From NCBI GenBank assembly GCA_963795855.1, contig CAWCIZ010000001.1, positions 64,001-128,000 of the forward strand: DNA of 64,000 nt, in the 5' to 3' direction. This stretch comes from Vulcanimicrobiota bacterium (GTDB lineage: Bacteria; Vulcanimicrobiota; Vulcanimicrobiia; Vulcanimicrobiales; Vulcanimicrobiaceae). Below are positions 30,116 to 42,559 of the stretch, piece by piece. Each line of letters opens with the position of its first letter. Position 1 is the stretch's first letter. A program made the translations under genes and the position numbers. A model generated the notes under the pieces. It was not told where the DNA came from. It saw nothing but the letters and a program-made list of their open reading frames with translations, and searched no databases.

Positions 30116-32230
30116 GTGAAAAAGCCCTTGATCATCGTGGAGTCGCCCACGAAGGCTCGCACGATAAAAAAGTTTCTTCCCGCGCGTTTTATCGTCAAGG
30201 CGTCGGTCGGGCACGTGCGCGATTTGCCGAAGAGCACGCTGGGCGTCGACGTGGAGCACGGCTTCGCTCCGAAATATCTGACGATCAAGGGTAAGGGCGA
30301 CGTCATCAAAGATTTGAAGTCGGCGGTGAAAAGCGCGAGCGACGTCTACCTCGCGACCGACCCCGATCGCGAAGGGGAAGCCATCGCCTGGCATTTGGCC
30401 GAACTGCTCAAACTCGACGAGCCCAAACGCATCGAGCTGCACGAGATCACCAAAGATGCGGCGCTCGCGGCTCTCAAGGATCCCCACCCCATCGACATCG
30501 ATCGCGTAAACGCACAGCAGGCGCGGCGCATTCTGGATCGGCTGGTCGGCTACAAGATCTCGCCGCTGCTCTGGGCAAAGGTCCGCGGCGGCCTTTCCGC
30601 AGGGCGCGTGCAGTCCGTCGCCGTGCGCCTCATCGTCGATCGCGAGCGCGAAATTCAGGCGTTCGTCACTCGTGAGTACTGGTCGATCACCGCGATGCTC
30701 GCCGCGCAGAGCGACCCGTCCCTCGTTTTCGGCGCGGATCTCATCGCGCACGGCGGCCAGAAGATCGCGGTCGAAAACCAAGCGCAAGCCGATGCGATCC
30801 TCGCCGACTTGCGCGGCGCGGCCTTCGCCGTCGCGTCGGTGAAGCAGCGCGAAGTCCGGCGAAACCCAACGGCTCCGTTCACCACCTCGACGCTCCAGCA
30901 AGAAGCCTCGCGCAAACTTCGCATCCGCGTCCGCCGCGCGATGCAGATCGCCCAAGCTTTATATGAAGGCGTGGACCTCGGCGCCGAAGGCACCGTTGGT
31001 TTGATTACGTACATGCGCACCGACTCGACGCGCATCTCCGACGCGGCTCGCGAATCCGCCCGCGAGTTCATCACGCAGGCTTACGGCGAGGCGTATCACG
31101 GCGGCCGCGCGCACAAAGTGCGCGAAGGCGCTCAAGACGCGCACGAAGCGATTCGGCCGACCTCGGTTCACAACACGCCCGAAAAAATGGCCGGCATCCT
31201 CAAACGCGACGAGCTGCGCCTCTATACGCTCATTTGGAACCGGTTCGTCGCCTCGCAAATGTCCGCCGCGGTCTTCGATCAGACGACGGTCGACATCGCA
31301 GCCGGGCAGTACACGTTCCGGGCGAGCGGCAGCGTCGTGAAATTCCTCGGCTTTACGAAAATCTACGAAGAGAGCCGCGACGAAGACGCTGCGGCCGAAG
31401 AGAAGAAAGCCCGGCTGCCCAGACTCGAGGAGCGCCAGCCCCTGGCGCTGCAGAAGCTCGATCCCAAGCAGCATTTCACCGAGCCGCCGCCGCGCTTCAC
31501 CGAAGCGACGCTGGTGCGAGCGCTCGAAGAGAACGGCATCGGGCGCCCGTCCACGTATAGCACGATCGTCGAAACGATTCAGGCGCGCGGATACGTCATC
31601 CAGGCCGAACGCCGCTTCCAGCCCACCGAAATCGGCGTCGCCGTGAACGATTTGCTCGCCGAGCATTTCCCCGACATCGTGGATCTGCGGTTCACCGCGC
31701 AGATGGAGGGCGATCTCGACAAAGTTGCCGAGGGACACGAAGATTGGGTGAAGCTGCTCGACCGCTTTTACGGGCCGTTCGCGAACAAACTCGAACAGGC
31801 CGAGCAAAAACTGCCCCGCCTCGAAATCAAAGATGAGCCGACCGACGAGATCTGCCCGAACTGCGGGAGGCCGATGGTCATCAAGACCGGACGCTTCGGC
31901 CGCTTCATTTCGTGCACGGGCTATCCCGAATGCAAGACGACCCGTCCCATCCTTAAAGATACCGGCGTGAAGTGTCCCAAAGACGGCGGGATGGTCGTCG
32001 AGCGCAAGTCGCGCAAGGGCCGCACCTTTTACGGCTGCGCAAACTACCCGAAATGCGATTTCGTCTCGTGGGATCGCGTCGTTCCCGAACCCTGCCCGGT
32101 ATGCGGCTCGTACGTCGTCGCGAAGACGCGCCGCGGCGGCGCCGTCGCGCTCGAGTGCAGCGCCAACCGCGAACACGACGTCAGCAGCATCGCGCAAAAA
32201 GGCGAGGAGCGCGAAGCGGTCGAGGTCTAG
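30116..32230 (+). CDS. topA: DNA topoisomerase I
   Basis: IVESPTK, DPDREGEAIAWH, SAGRVQS, ITYMRTDS, Zn ribbons. Confidence 0.98.
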   Translation: MKKPLIIVESPTKARTIKKFLPARFIVKASVGHVRDLPKSTLGVDVEHGFAPKYLTIKGKGDVIKDLKSAVKSASDVYLATDPDREGEAIAWHLAELLKLDEPKRIELHEITKDAALAALKDPHPIDIDRVNAQQARRILDRLVGYKISPLLWAKVRGGLSAGRVQSVAVRLIVDREREIQAFVTREYWSITAMLAAQSDPSLVFGADLIAHGGQKIAVENQAQADAILADLRGAAFAVASVKQREVRRNPTAPFTTSTLQQEASRKLRIRVRRAMQIAQALYEGVDLGAEGTVGLITYMRTDSTRISDAARESAREFITQAYGEAYHGGRAHKVREGAQDAHEAIRPTSVHNTPEKMAGILKRDELRLYTLIWNRFVASQMSAAVFDQTTVDIAAGQYTFRASGSVVKFLGFTKIYEESRDEDAAAEEKKARLPRLEERQPLALQKLDPKQHFTEPPPRFTEATLVRALEENGIGRPSTYSTIVETIQARGYVIQAERRFQPTEIGVAVNDLLAEHFPDIVDLRFTAQMEGDLDKVAEGHEDWVKLLDRFYGPFANKLEQAEQKLPRLEIKDEPTDEICPNCGRPMVIKTGRFGRFISCTGYPECKTTRPILKDTGVKCPKDGGMVVERKSRKGRTFYGCANYPKCDFVSWDRVVPEPCPVCGSYVVAKTRRGGAVALECSANREHDVSSIAQKGEEREAVEV

Positions 32231-32233
32231 CGC

Positions 32234-33619
32234 ATGGCAAGCTTTTGGAGCGATCGCCTGACGATCGTCGGCGGCGGTTTGGCCGGATGCGAAGCCGCAT
32301 GGCAGGCGGCGCGCCTCGGCGTCGGCGTCGATCTCTTCGAAATGCGTCCGCACAAAAGCGGTCCCGCGCACGCCACCGGCAACCTCGCCGAACTCGTCTG
32401 CAGTAATTCGCTGCGCGGCGCCGCGATCGAAAACGCGGTCGGGCTGCTCAAAGAAGAGCTCGCGCTGCTCGACTCCGCGATCGTACTCTCGGCGCGCGAG
32501 GCGGCGGTTCCGGCCGGCGGCGCGCTCGCGGTCGATCGCGAGCGTTTCGCGCACGCCGTTCAAACGCGCATCGCTTCGCAGCCGAATATCACCGTGCATC
32601 GGGAAGAAGTGCGCGAAGTTCCGATCGATCGGCCTGCGATCGTCGCCTGCGGACCGCTTCCCTCGGACGATTTGCTCGCGTCGATCGATCGCGTCATCCT
32701 CGCACACCACCCCGGCGAGCAAAACCGCCTGCACTATTACGACGCAGCCTCGCCGATCGTGTCGGCCGATTCGCTCGACGAAACGCCGATGTACCGGAAA
32801 TCCCGCTACGAAAAAGGCGACGGCGACGACTACCTCAACATTCCGCTCACCAAAGAACAGTATTTGCAGCTGCTGAACGACTTGCGGACGCTGCCGCGCC
32901 ATCCGACGAAGGAATTCGAGGAAGCGCGGTACTTCGAAGGGTGTCTGCCCATCGAACAGATGGCCGACCGCGGCGACGACGTGCTGCGCTTCGGCCCGCT
33001 CAAGCCCGTCGGTTTGCGCGATCCGCGAACCGGAAAAACGCCGTACGCCGTCGTGCAGCTGCGCAAAGAAAACGTCGAAGGCACCGCTTGGAATCTGGTG
33101 GGTTTTCAAACGCGCATGACGTGGCCCGCGCAAAAAGAAGCATTCGCGAAATTGCCGGGCTTGCATAACGCGGAATGGCTGCGGCTCGGCGTGATGCACC
33201 GCAACACGTTCATCGATTCGCCTCGATTGCTCGACGCGCACTTGCGTCTGCGCGGCACGGCGGCTTTGTATTTCGCCGGCCAAATCACCGGTGCCGAAGG
33301 CTACGTCGAGGCGGCGGCTTGCGGCGCGATGACCGGCATTCACGCCGCGCGTCAAATCTTGGATTTGCCCAGCCTCGAATTTCCGCGGCACTCCGCTTTC
33401 GGCGCGGTGGTCGCGCACTTGCAAAACACCGCAACGCCGGACTTTCAGCCCGCGAACGTCACGTGGGCGCCGTTTCCTCCGCTCGACGAACTCACCGCGC
33501 AGGCGCTCCGGCGCGACAAGAAGGCGCGCCGCCGCGCCATGGCCGACCGCGCAGTCGCGGCAATGCGCGAATTCGCCGTAGCCGTGCGCGCCATGGAAGA
33601 ACCTGCGCTTCGACGCTGA
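32234..33619 (+). CDS. trmFO: Folate/FAD-dependent tRNA m5U54 methyltransferase
   Basis: GGGLAGCEAA, ELVCSNS, GVMHRNTF, AGQITGAEGY. Confidence 0.96.
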   Translation: MASFWSDRLTIVGGGLAGCEAAWQAARLGVGVDLFEMRPHKSGPAHATGNLAELVCSNSLRGAAIENAVGLLKEELALLDSAIVLSAREAAVPAGGALAVDRERFAHAVQTRIASQPNITVHREEVREVPIDRPAIVACGPLPSDDLLASIDRVILAHHPGEQNRLHYYDAASPIVSADSLDETPMYRKSRYEKGDGDDYLNIPLTKEQYLQLLNDLRTLPRHPTKEFEEARYFEGCLPIEQMADRGDDVLRFGPLKPVGLRDPRTGKTPYAVVQLRKENVEGTAWNLVGFQTRMTWPAQKEAFAKLPGLHNAEWLRLGVMHRNTFIDSPRLLDAHLRLRGTAALYFAGQITGAEGYVEAAACGAMTGIHAARQILDLPSLEFPRHSAFGAVVAHLQNTATPDFQPANVTWAPFPPLDELTAQALRRDKKARRRAMADRAVAAMREFAVAVRAMEEPALRR

Positions 33620-33657
33620 AGTACTCGCGAGACAACTTTCTCGAGGAGCGTACGACG

Positions 33658-35225
33658 ATGCGGGTTATTGTTGCGTTCATCGCTGTGCTCGTTTTGGCGC
33701 AGCCGTTGCCGTCGGTCGCTGCGGACGTGCAGTCGCTGGTCGCGACGCACAAGTCGTTTACCGGCTGGGATTCCGGCGATGCCGCGATGGCATCGTGGCA
33801 TCTTTCCGGCACGCGCACGTCGGGGCGCGAAACCGACGCCTTCACGGAATACCGCCGCGGGCCGGCGTTTCGCGATCGCATTCAGACGCCGGCGGGTATT
33901 ACCGACGAAACCGGCTTTACCGGACGCTACGTCTGGCACGCGGACGCGAATAATTTTTGGACGCCGGTATACGGCGTGCCGGCGCAGGCTGCGCTCGCAT
34001 GGGACGTGGTTCGCAGCGAAGCCTTCACCGGATTCCCGCTGCACGTCGTCGGGACCGCGAACGCCGGAGGAACGGCGTGCGTCGTGCTTCGCGTCGAACC
34101 GAAAGGCTTGCCCATCGTCGATCTGTACGAAATCCCGCATTCCGGCGCGCTCGCGCGCGTCGTCGTCGCCCCGGGATCGGCGTCGCCGGTCACGTTCGAC
34201 GACATCGGCTATCTCACGCTTGCGTCCGGCAAGCGCATCGTCGCGAACTGGACTACGGGCAACGTGCGCTACGCGATAGCGAGCGCAACGCTCGGCAACG
34301 TCGACGACCGCGATCTCGTCAGCGAACCCTCACCGGCGACCTGGTCGTATAGCGACGCGCCCGCACCGTTGACGTTCATAACGATTACCGACAACGCGCG
34401 AATGATTCACGTCACCGCATCGGTAAACGGGCACTCCGGCGTCTTCGTGCTCGGCACGAATACGCCGTCGATTCTGCTGTTCGATCCGTTCGCATCGCAG
34501 GCCGGCGTCCGTCCGATGGGCACGAGCGACTTCTCACCCTACGTCGGGAATCTGCAGTTCGAAGGGTACGGGCACGCCGACACGCTGGCGGTGGGCAAGG
34601 CCGTCCTTCGTAACGTCGTGGTTCAGCGCGTGAACGCGCCGAACGCGAAAATCGCCGGCGTCCTCGGATACGACTTCTTCGCGCACGCAATCGTCAACGT
34701 GGACTTGGCTCGCCAGCAGCTGCAAATCGAAGATCCGCAGACGTATCAGCCGCCCATGGGACAAGGCGCGTACGCCTTTCCGCTCGATCTGACGAACCGC
34801 GTTCCGGTCATCGGCATCTCGCTGCCTTCGGGCGCAGCGGCGCATCCGTCGCTGGACAGCGATCTCAACGGGTTCATGGTGCTCTCGCAAGCGCTCTACG
34901 ACAGCCACGGCATCGGCGGAAGCCCGATCACGGATGAAACCAGCGTCATCTTTACGGGCGTCGGCGCGACGGGCGACCCGATCGCGACTCCAGTTTGAAC
35001 TACGACTACACCGCCTGGAACGGCGCAACCAGTACCGGGCAGTGCATCGACACGCCGAAGATCGACGTCGGGCCGTACACCTACGAAAATCCGCCGGTAT
35101 GCTTTGCCGGCACGAACATCTTCGGCGACGACGGCGGTTCGATCGGTCTCGACTTCCTGCGCCACTTCACCTGGAGCGTGGATTACCCGCACAGCCGGTT
35201 CGTCTTGACGCCGAACGGTCACTAA
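33658..35225 (+). CDS. Secreted protein with degenerate aspartyl-protease-like domains (frameshift ~34995)
   Basis: Signal peptide; ASVNG..FVL, GVLGYDFF, IGLDFLRHF. Confidence 0.7.
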
Positions 35226-35381
35226 AGAGCGGCGCGAGCCGTTCTCTCTGTATTCGAGCGCACAGTTCGCCGGTGAAGGTGCGGTGTGCGCATCGTATAA
35301 ACTTAGATGAACGGGCGGCGTCTTGAAACATGGACAAAGGTGCGAAGCCCCAACATCTGCCGTAATTGCAGTGGAGGCTCA

Positions 35382-38300
35382 ATGAGGCACGGACCAACGA
35401 GGCGGCTCGCCCTTGCGTTAGCATTGGCGGCCCTCTTTTTTACTCAAGTATCGACTGCGGCATTTGCCAGCACGGTGGGCGTTCTTAGCGGACGCGTAAC
35501 CGACGCTACCAGTAATCAGCCGCTTGCCGACGTGAAAATCAGCGCAGCGTCGCCGTCGGGTTCATACAGAACGACGACCGATGCGCACGGGTTTTATTCA
35601 CTTACCGGCATCTACGCGGACACCTACACCGTCTCGTTCCAACTGAGCGGGTATCAGGCGGAATCGACGCCCGGCGTCACGGTGTTCGCAGATCAAGTAC
35701 AAACGCTGAATCAATCGCTGTCCAAGTCTTTGAAGACGATCGCGGTTGCGCACGCGCGCAGCTCGGGCAGCGCGTTCCAGCCGACGCAGACCGTCGACAC
35801 GGTCAGCGTCAACACGCAGCAGATTCAGCAGTTCCAAGGCTCGACGTTCAATTTCGACGAGGTCAATCTCATCTCGTCGATGCCCGGCGCGGAGCTCGAC
35901 TCGTCCGGTTATCCGGTCATTCACGGCGGCCGCGAATATGAGGAAGGCTTCGAGTTCGAAGGCATCCCGTACACGGACGCCTATTCGAACCAGTTCACCA
36001 ACAGCTTGACGATTCCGACGCGCGGCGTCAGTTCCGTCCAGCTCACTCCGGGCGGCGGCGACATCACGCAGGCGTCCGGCGGATTCGGCGCGCTCAACGT
36101 CGTTGCTCGCCGCGGCACCTATCCCTCTTACGCGGAAGCCGGCCTTTCGATCGGCGGTCCCGCGTTCGATCACCGTTTCACGTTCGACTACAGCTTCGCG
36201 ACGCCGGATCAGCGCTTCTCGAACTACGCGTCGTTCATCGGCAACAACAACACCTTCGATTACGGGAACAACCAATATCCTCTGGCGCAAATCAACCAGT
36301 TCTACAGCCGGCGATTCAACGCGCAGCGCGAGTTCCTCGACAATTTCGTCTTCCGGTTCGGCTCGAACAATCACGAGTCGCTGCAATTCTTTACCGACAT
36401 CGCGATGAGCCAATTCTACGAAGGCGCGGGCGGCATGTTCGGAAACGGCAGCGCACTCTGCTACGCGAGCTGCGATCCGGAATACGACAACGTTTGGGCC
36501 GAGTATCTTCGGCATGACGCCTACGCAAGTGATGAACATGTCGGCGCTCTATCCCGGCCAATCTTCGGTCGCGGAAACGCTCGCATGCCCCACGCCGGCG
36601 GCTTTGGCGGCTCAAGGTTACACGTGCGACAACGCGACGCGTTCGCCGTTCACCTACTATCAGCCGAACCAAGCGTTCAAACTCGAATACACGAACAACT
36701 TGAACGCGTCCACGTATCTCTCGCTGACGGCATACCGCACGAACGCGGTCACGACGTTCGACGGGCCGAGCACCGAAGGCAGTTACAACGGCGATATCTA
36801 CATCACGTCGCAAGGCGGCATGACGGACGGCTTGACGCTCGCGCTGCAGAAGCAGACTCAGCGACAAGAACCTGCTTCGCGCAGGTGTCGACGTTAGCCA
36901 TCTGCATCCGGTCGATTCCTACTCGTCCGACTCGTTCGGGTTCTTGGGATCCTACCTTGGCGTGCTGAATGGGTTCGTCGATCAGTACACGCTTCCGTAT
37001 GCGTTCATTCCGCCGAGCGATCCGAATTGCCCATTGGGTCCCGGACCGGTCGGAGCGACGTGCGGATATGCCTATCAGGGCGCGAATGCCAACGCGGCGC
37101 AACTGGCGTTTCCGGGATACGATCAGGTTGCGACGTCGATAAACCGGCAAGACTACTCGCTCTATCTCAGCGACAAGTGGTCGCCGAACGACCGCTTCAA
37201 CGCGGAAGTCGGTGCACGCTTGGACATGGCGACGTACAAGGTTCCCGCACCGGGTATCGACCCAACGTACCTGCACGTCGCTCTACGCGCCGACGACATG
37301 GACGCCGCCCAGCCATGCATGGGATCCACAAGGGCTGTATGGTGCGCCGTCGTTCACGTGCGATGCCAAATCGTCGTACGACAACTTCAACAACGACACG
37401 GTGAAACCGAAGGTTCTGCAGCCGCAGATCGGTCTGTCGTACCGAATGGGCTCGAACACGTCGGTACGTCTGACGTATCGCCGCGCGGTGCAGTTCGTGC
37501 CGATCGGCTCGTGGGACTTTGGCGAGGTCGATCCGTCGCACTACATGAACGGCTACGGCGGCTTAGCGCCCTACAATCCGTTCTTTATGCCCCGCCGGGC
37601 ACGCCGCCGTCGGCACCCACGAATTGCGGATACTGGGGTACGGACGCGGCGACGGCAACCCCGCTGCAGGTTGCGTGCCGCACCTTCGGCGAGCAACTCT
37701 ACTGGATCAACCAGAACTTCGGCGGCGTCGCGTTCCAACCGGCGCGGCCCGCAACGTCGGACAATTACGAGTTCACGTTCTCGCACCAGTTCACGTCGGG
37801 GCTGCTCAACGGAATGGCTGTGAGCGTCTCGCCGTGGTATCGGAATCAGCACGACACGACCGCTTCGGAAGCATCCCCGGTGCTCCAGAACGGCGTGCCC
37901 GTGGTGATCAACGGCCAGTTCCTGTTCGGACCGCAGATCCTTACTAACAACGGTAGGGAGCATGCGACCGGCGTGGACTTCAACCTGACCAAGGAGAGCG
38001 CTTACGGTCTCAGCGGCCAGTTGACGATGTCGTACATCAACGAGTTCTCCAGCGTTATCCCGCTCAGCTCGAGCGAAGACTTCTATCCGACCATCGTGCC
38101 GGCGTCGCTTGCGCTCGGCAACGTCTACCGGGTCGGCTTCCTCTCGCCGTTCCAAGGAACGGTGGCGCTTTCGTATCGTACGCACAGCGGGTGGCGGATC
38201 AATCCGCGCTTCACGTACAACATCGGGTATCCGACCGATAACGGACTCCTGACCTCCGCCATCATCAACGGCGTGCCTGTCAACGTACCGAACACCAACG

Positions 38301-38749
38301 CCGTCGCCGGTAATGCTCCGGCGGGGCCGGCGTGTTTCATCGATCCGATGAATCCGGGCAACGTCTTCAATCCGAACCTCGTCGGCTGCCGCGGCAACGC
38401 GCAATCGGCTTCGCCGGGCGGAAAACTGTCGCCGCCGGACTCGACCACGAATCTCACGATCGAGTACAGTCCGCCGACGTCGCGCCTCACGTACGGTTTC
38501 GACGTTGAAAACCTCTTCAATGAAACCTACAGCGGCGCGCTAATCAACAGCCGCTACGAGCCGATCGCGACCGGAATCTCCGGTCCGCTCACCGGCTATT
38601 CCACCAGCGGAGTCAACTACTTGAACAATTCGACCTACCCGTCCGCATGGCCGCAGTACGGCTCGTTCATCAAGAGCAACGGCGTTTATGTGGACATTCC
38701 GAATAACGTCGGACGTTCGTTCTACTTCTACATCCAAGCGAGGCTTTAA
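35382..38749 (+). CDS. TonB-dependent receptor-like outer-membrane protein (several frameshifts)
   Basis: Carboxypeptidase-regulatory N-domain, plug-like IHGGR, VENLFN, terminal strand FYFYIQARL. Confidence 0.85.
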
Positions 38750-38771
38750 CGTGCACTTCCATACTCCATAC

Positions 38772-39946
38772 ATGAAAAGGGCCGTTGGCTTCGCGCTGGC
38801 TCGCAGCGCTGCTGGCGGGATGCTCCACCAATGGAGGATCCACGCTGCCGTCCGTTTCGCACGCGGATTTGGGCGCAAACGCGTTGCAGCTCGCGGTTGG
38901 AACTGCAACGCTCCCCGACGGCACGACAGGCCTCAACGTCGTTGCGACGTTGAGGCAGGCCAACGGACTGTCGGGCGTGCTTGCAAATCAGCCGACGCTC
39001 ACATTGCCCGCAGGTATGCTGGTGCCGGCAGGCACCCCGGGCGCATATCCTGCCTCTGTGGGACCGAACGTTGACGCCGGAACGAACCATATCAGCGGCT
39101 CGCCGCAGGTCCCGCGCAACAACGCAGGTCTCGTTAACAGCACGCTGGGAACGTTTACAGGCATCTTCGTGAACGGTTTTGGGCCGTTTAACTGCGACCA
39201 AAGCCTGCAGCAGCACGGGAGCGTACTACATCGGAAATCCGAACGCATCGATCGGGAACGGCTTTAACTCGTCTATCTATGACGGCACGAATTCGTATCT
39301 CGGCGGCGCGGGGTTACCGGATCCGACGCAACCACTGCCGTTCTTCTCTGCCACGCCGATGGACTACGTCGTTGGCCCGCCGGCCGTGGCGTTTTTCCAA
39401 AACGGCAAACAATATGCCGGATTCGCGGGATACTCTCCCGGTTTCACGACTTTCGAACTGGCGCCGGCGGCGGGGCAATATAGCCTCTCCGCTCTGGTCG
39501 CGGCTTCGAATGTTGCTCCGGTTACCTATACCGCAACGGCGAACCTCACTTCGACGACACCGCTTGGGCCAACCGCGGTAACGTTCGCAAGCGATGCGAA
39601 CGGCGATGGAGGAGGCACGGGGACCGTTACGATCCCGCCGGGCGTCACGGAAGCGGAAGTCTTTATCGTCGACCTAAAGAGCTACTCGTTCTTCACGGTC
39701 AAACTAACGGGAACGGCCCCGGGCACTGCATCCTACGCATTGCCGGCAAACCTGGGTTCGTGCGGAACGAATTGCCCGCAACCAACGCTGGTTACCGGAG
39801 ATCCGCTGCTCATCGCGTCGGTTGGATACGATTATCCGGCCACCGAAGCGAGCGATCCAACCAGCACGTCGCAAAAACCAACAATCACGGGCGCGAACGG
39901 ACAGGCCGACATCACCATGTCTCCGATCGTTTCGCAGAACTACTAA
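38772..39946 (+). CDS. Lipoprotein, probable receptor partner (frameshifted)
   Basis: LLAGC lipobox; 38785 and 39179 ORFs join. Confidence 0.7.
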
Positions 39947-39967
39947 ACGCGATTCGCGCGTAAGGTG

Positions 39968-39998
39968 AAGGGGAGCGGCGGCGCCGCTCCCCTTTTTT
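39968..39998 (+). terminator. Intrinsic terminator
   Basis: aaggggagcggcg/cgccgctcccctt plus T run. Confidence 0.85.
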
Positions 39999-40036
39999 AT
40001 TGGATCGTGGTAAGTCCGCCGCGAACCACGGCGAGA

Positions 40037-40366
40037 CTAACCGGCGATCTCGTCCCTTGAAATCCGCCCTGCGCGATAGTACGTCCGAGAATCGATCGCG
40101 CTCGCGCTTTGCACGATCGATACGAGGCTATCGGAGACCTCCCTGTCCCACTGCGACATGCTCCAATCATGTTGCGAAAGCCATTCGGTAATGATGAGTA
40201 TTCGCGACTGATCCTCACTCTGAAATATTTCACCCTCGATGAAACCCGGTAAATCGCCTTTGTGGTTCATCAAGGACGTAGCCGCTTTTACGAGGTTGGC
40301 GCTATCGCTCTCTGCGACGTTAATAAGAAGAACGGAAACGACGTGGTGTCCGGAGTCCCCTACCAT
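40037..40366 (-). CDS. Antibiotic biosynthesis monooxygenase family protein
   Basis: LPGFIEGEIFQSED..ILIITEW. Confidence 0.65.
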   Translation of the reverse strand: MVGDSGHHVVSVLLINVAESDSANLVKAATSLMNHKGDLPGFIEGEIFQSEDQSRILIITEWLSQHDWSMSQWDREVSDSLVSIVQSASAIDSRTYYRAGRISRDEIAG

Positions 40367-40379
40367 GTCACATCGCAGT

Positions 40380-40724
40380 TCAATATCTTCCGGAAACCCA
40401 ACGCTTAGCACCAACCGCCGCCGGCCGCGCCGCTTCCATCTGCAGAATGGCCGCGATGTCTCTATAAAGAACGTGCAATTCATGCGCAGCTGATACGGCA
40501 GACGTAGTAGGTATCAATCCATCTAGGGTTTCACGCAGCTCGATCTGGCGCTTTCGCAGCCATCCGCGATTATGGGGCGCGTTATATGCTGCTTGTTCTA
40601 AGCCCATCAACGCTCGTAGCGGAGCGCGCATTTGTTCGATGTCGCCTCGGGCGCGAATTGCAATAGCAGCGCGCAGAGCGACACACGCCGCTTTTAGGGA
40701 TGCAGTGTCCAAGGGATCAACCAT
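40380..40724 (-). CDS. Hypothetical protein
   Basis: AAGGA RBS plus ATG, 114 aa helical. Confidence 0.45.
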   Translation of the reverse strand: MVDPLDTASLKAACVALRAAIAIRARGDIEQMRAPLRALMGLEQAAYNAPHNRGWLRKRQIELRETLDGLIPTTSAVSAAHELHVLYRDIAAILQMEAARPAAVGAKRWVSGRY

Positions 40725-40991
40725 AAGTCCTTATTCTGCGGGGTCGCTTTTACAGCGTTTTTCGACGCTCGCCGGCTCCAGTATCCCATAAATCGGCGAA
40801 TCTGCATAGGGCGGGCATCAGGCACTGATTACGAATCAGTCTTCTTTAAGAGCATATATGGAGCGATTAGAATCGTTTCGGATACGCTCCACCATGCTCA
40901 AAGACCACATCCGAGATCAAATGGTTGCGCCCGTGCCGTAGGAAGCGCGTGGCGCAGGCGAAATACGCTGGAGTGGGGGGATATTTACACG

Positions 40992-41831
40992 GTGGAAAAG
41001 CAGACTCGCCCGCGCGCTGAATCGTACCAAACGCATTACCAACCAATCACGCCGCTGCGGTTAAGCGCTTCGACTCAACCCTCGAGCCCCGAAGAATCGG
41101 CTGAGGCTCGCGCCGCTGCGCGGATGCTCGTGCAAGAACTTTTCTCGGTCACGCCCGGATCGATTCCAGGCCTTGACTACAACATTACTTATCAATTGGC
41201 GCAAGGACACGCGGGCGGCGATATCGCTGACGTGTATCGTTCGCGGGATGGCACATTGGCACTTTCACTTGCGGACATTTCGGGGCGCGGATTACGCGCG
41301 GCCGTTCAAGCCTCACTAATCAAGTACGGATTACGAGCGTTTATTTCGGATGGTTCCGATCCGGCAAAAGCGGTCACGGCACTCGATCATTTATATTTCG
41401 AAACGAATGCGAGGGATTCCGAACAGTCTTTTGCTACGCTGTTTTTGGCATGCGTCGAAGCGGAGCGCCGAGTGCTGACGTACGCGTCCGCGGCGCACGA
41501 CCCGGTGTTTTTGATGCACCCCGGCGAACCGCCCATCGCATTGCCGGTGACCGGACCGCTCTTGGGAGCGTTTGAAGATAGTCTCTATCCTTTCGGGCAG
41601 CGATCCGTACGGCTACGCGCCGGGTCGGTGCTCCTTGCCGCGACCGACGGCGTCGTGGAAGCGCGGCGCGGCGTAGAATTTTTCGGCATGGAACGGCTGA
41701 CTGATTTGCTGCAGAGGTGCGCGACCTTTGACATGGAGACTCTTGCGCAGAATGTGCTCCGCGAGGTAGTGAAGTTTTGCAGCGGCCGTAACGATGACGA
41801 CATCGCCGTTTTGGCGGTCCGGTTTCTGTAG
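40992..41831 (+). CDS. SpoIIE/RsbU-like PP2C phosphatase
   Basis: GGDIAD, ADISGRG, TDGVVEAR, DDIAV. Confidence 0.9.
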   Translation: MEKQTRPRAESYQTHYQPITPLRLSASTQPSSPEESAEARAAARMLVQELFSVTPGSIPGLDYNITYQLAQGHAGGDIADVYRSRDGTLALSLADISGRGLRAAVQASLIKYGLRAFISDGSDPAKAVTALDHLYFETNARDSEQSFATLFLACVEAERRVLTYASAAHDPVFLMHPGEPPIALPVTGPLLGAFEDSLYPFGQRSVRLRAGSVLLAATDGVVEARRGVEFFGMERLTDLLQRCATFDMETLAQNVLREVVKFCSGRNDDDIAVLAVRFL

Positions 41832-41844
41832 CGAGCCCTTTTAT

Positions 41845-42559
41845 TTAACGTCGAATGGCAAAGCGCATCGTCACGCTGCTGTACACCTTCACGGTGAGCA
41901 TGTCGGCCGGAGACAACTGCGGATACGATGCGCCGAACGGCCCGACGGAGTAATTGAAGCTGCACGAATCGGGGCCGCCGCTCGCGATCGAACGTTCGTC
42001 GACGGCCAGTACAGCTTCCGACCTTCGCCTCGATCTGCTTTGCGATGAATGCAGCGTTGGCGCGCGCGTCGGCAATCGCGTTCGCCTCTGCGGCGCGCTG
42101 CAGTGCGGAACAGTCGCCGGCGAGCAGCCGAATCTCGGCGCCGTTCAAAATCAGGTCCGGATTTGCTGCGAACGCGTTCGCGATCGTCAGCATGCCTTGC
42201 TGCAGCATCGCCGTCGTCGGGTGCTGCACGCTCGCGGTTATCGCGGCGTTGTTCGTTCGCGCCTGACCGACCAGATACGGCGGCAGCTGCACCGACGAAC
42301 GGTCGGCCCCGGCGCGAACGAGCGCGTCTGCAATCGGCTGCAGCGTTTGCTCCGTCAGAGTCGGAGCGTTATTTCGCGCAGAGATGCGCAACGTAATCTG
42401 CGCCTGCGACGCCTGCGCCGCTGCGTACGCGCTGCCGGTCACCGTTATGCCGTCGCCGGGTCCGGGCGGCGCCTGCGCGGGCATCGGCACTCGCGGCGCC
42501 AGGTGCGGCATCGGTATCTGCGCCACGACAAAGGCCGCAGCCAAGAATGTTCTGAACAT
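41845..42559 (-). CDS. SIMPL (DUF541) domain protein (frameshift ~42015)
   Basis: [16 protein letters not shown], shifted end VTMRFAI. Confidence 0.75.

Noticed and set aside
30959..33424. Long antisense ORFs (also 285-1424, 46988-48634, 50291-51889)
   Set aside because: GC-rich shadows of well-supported genes on the other strand
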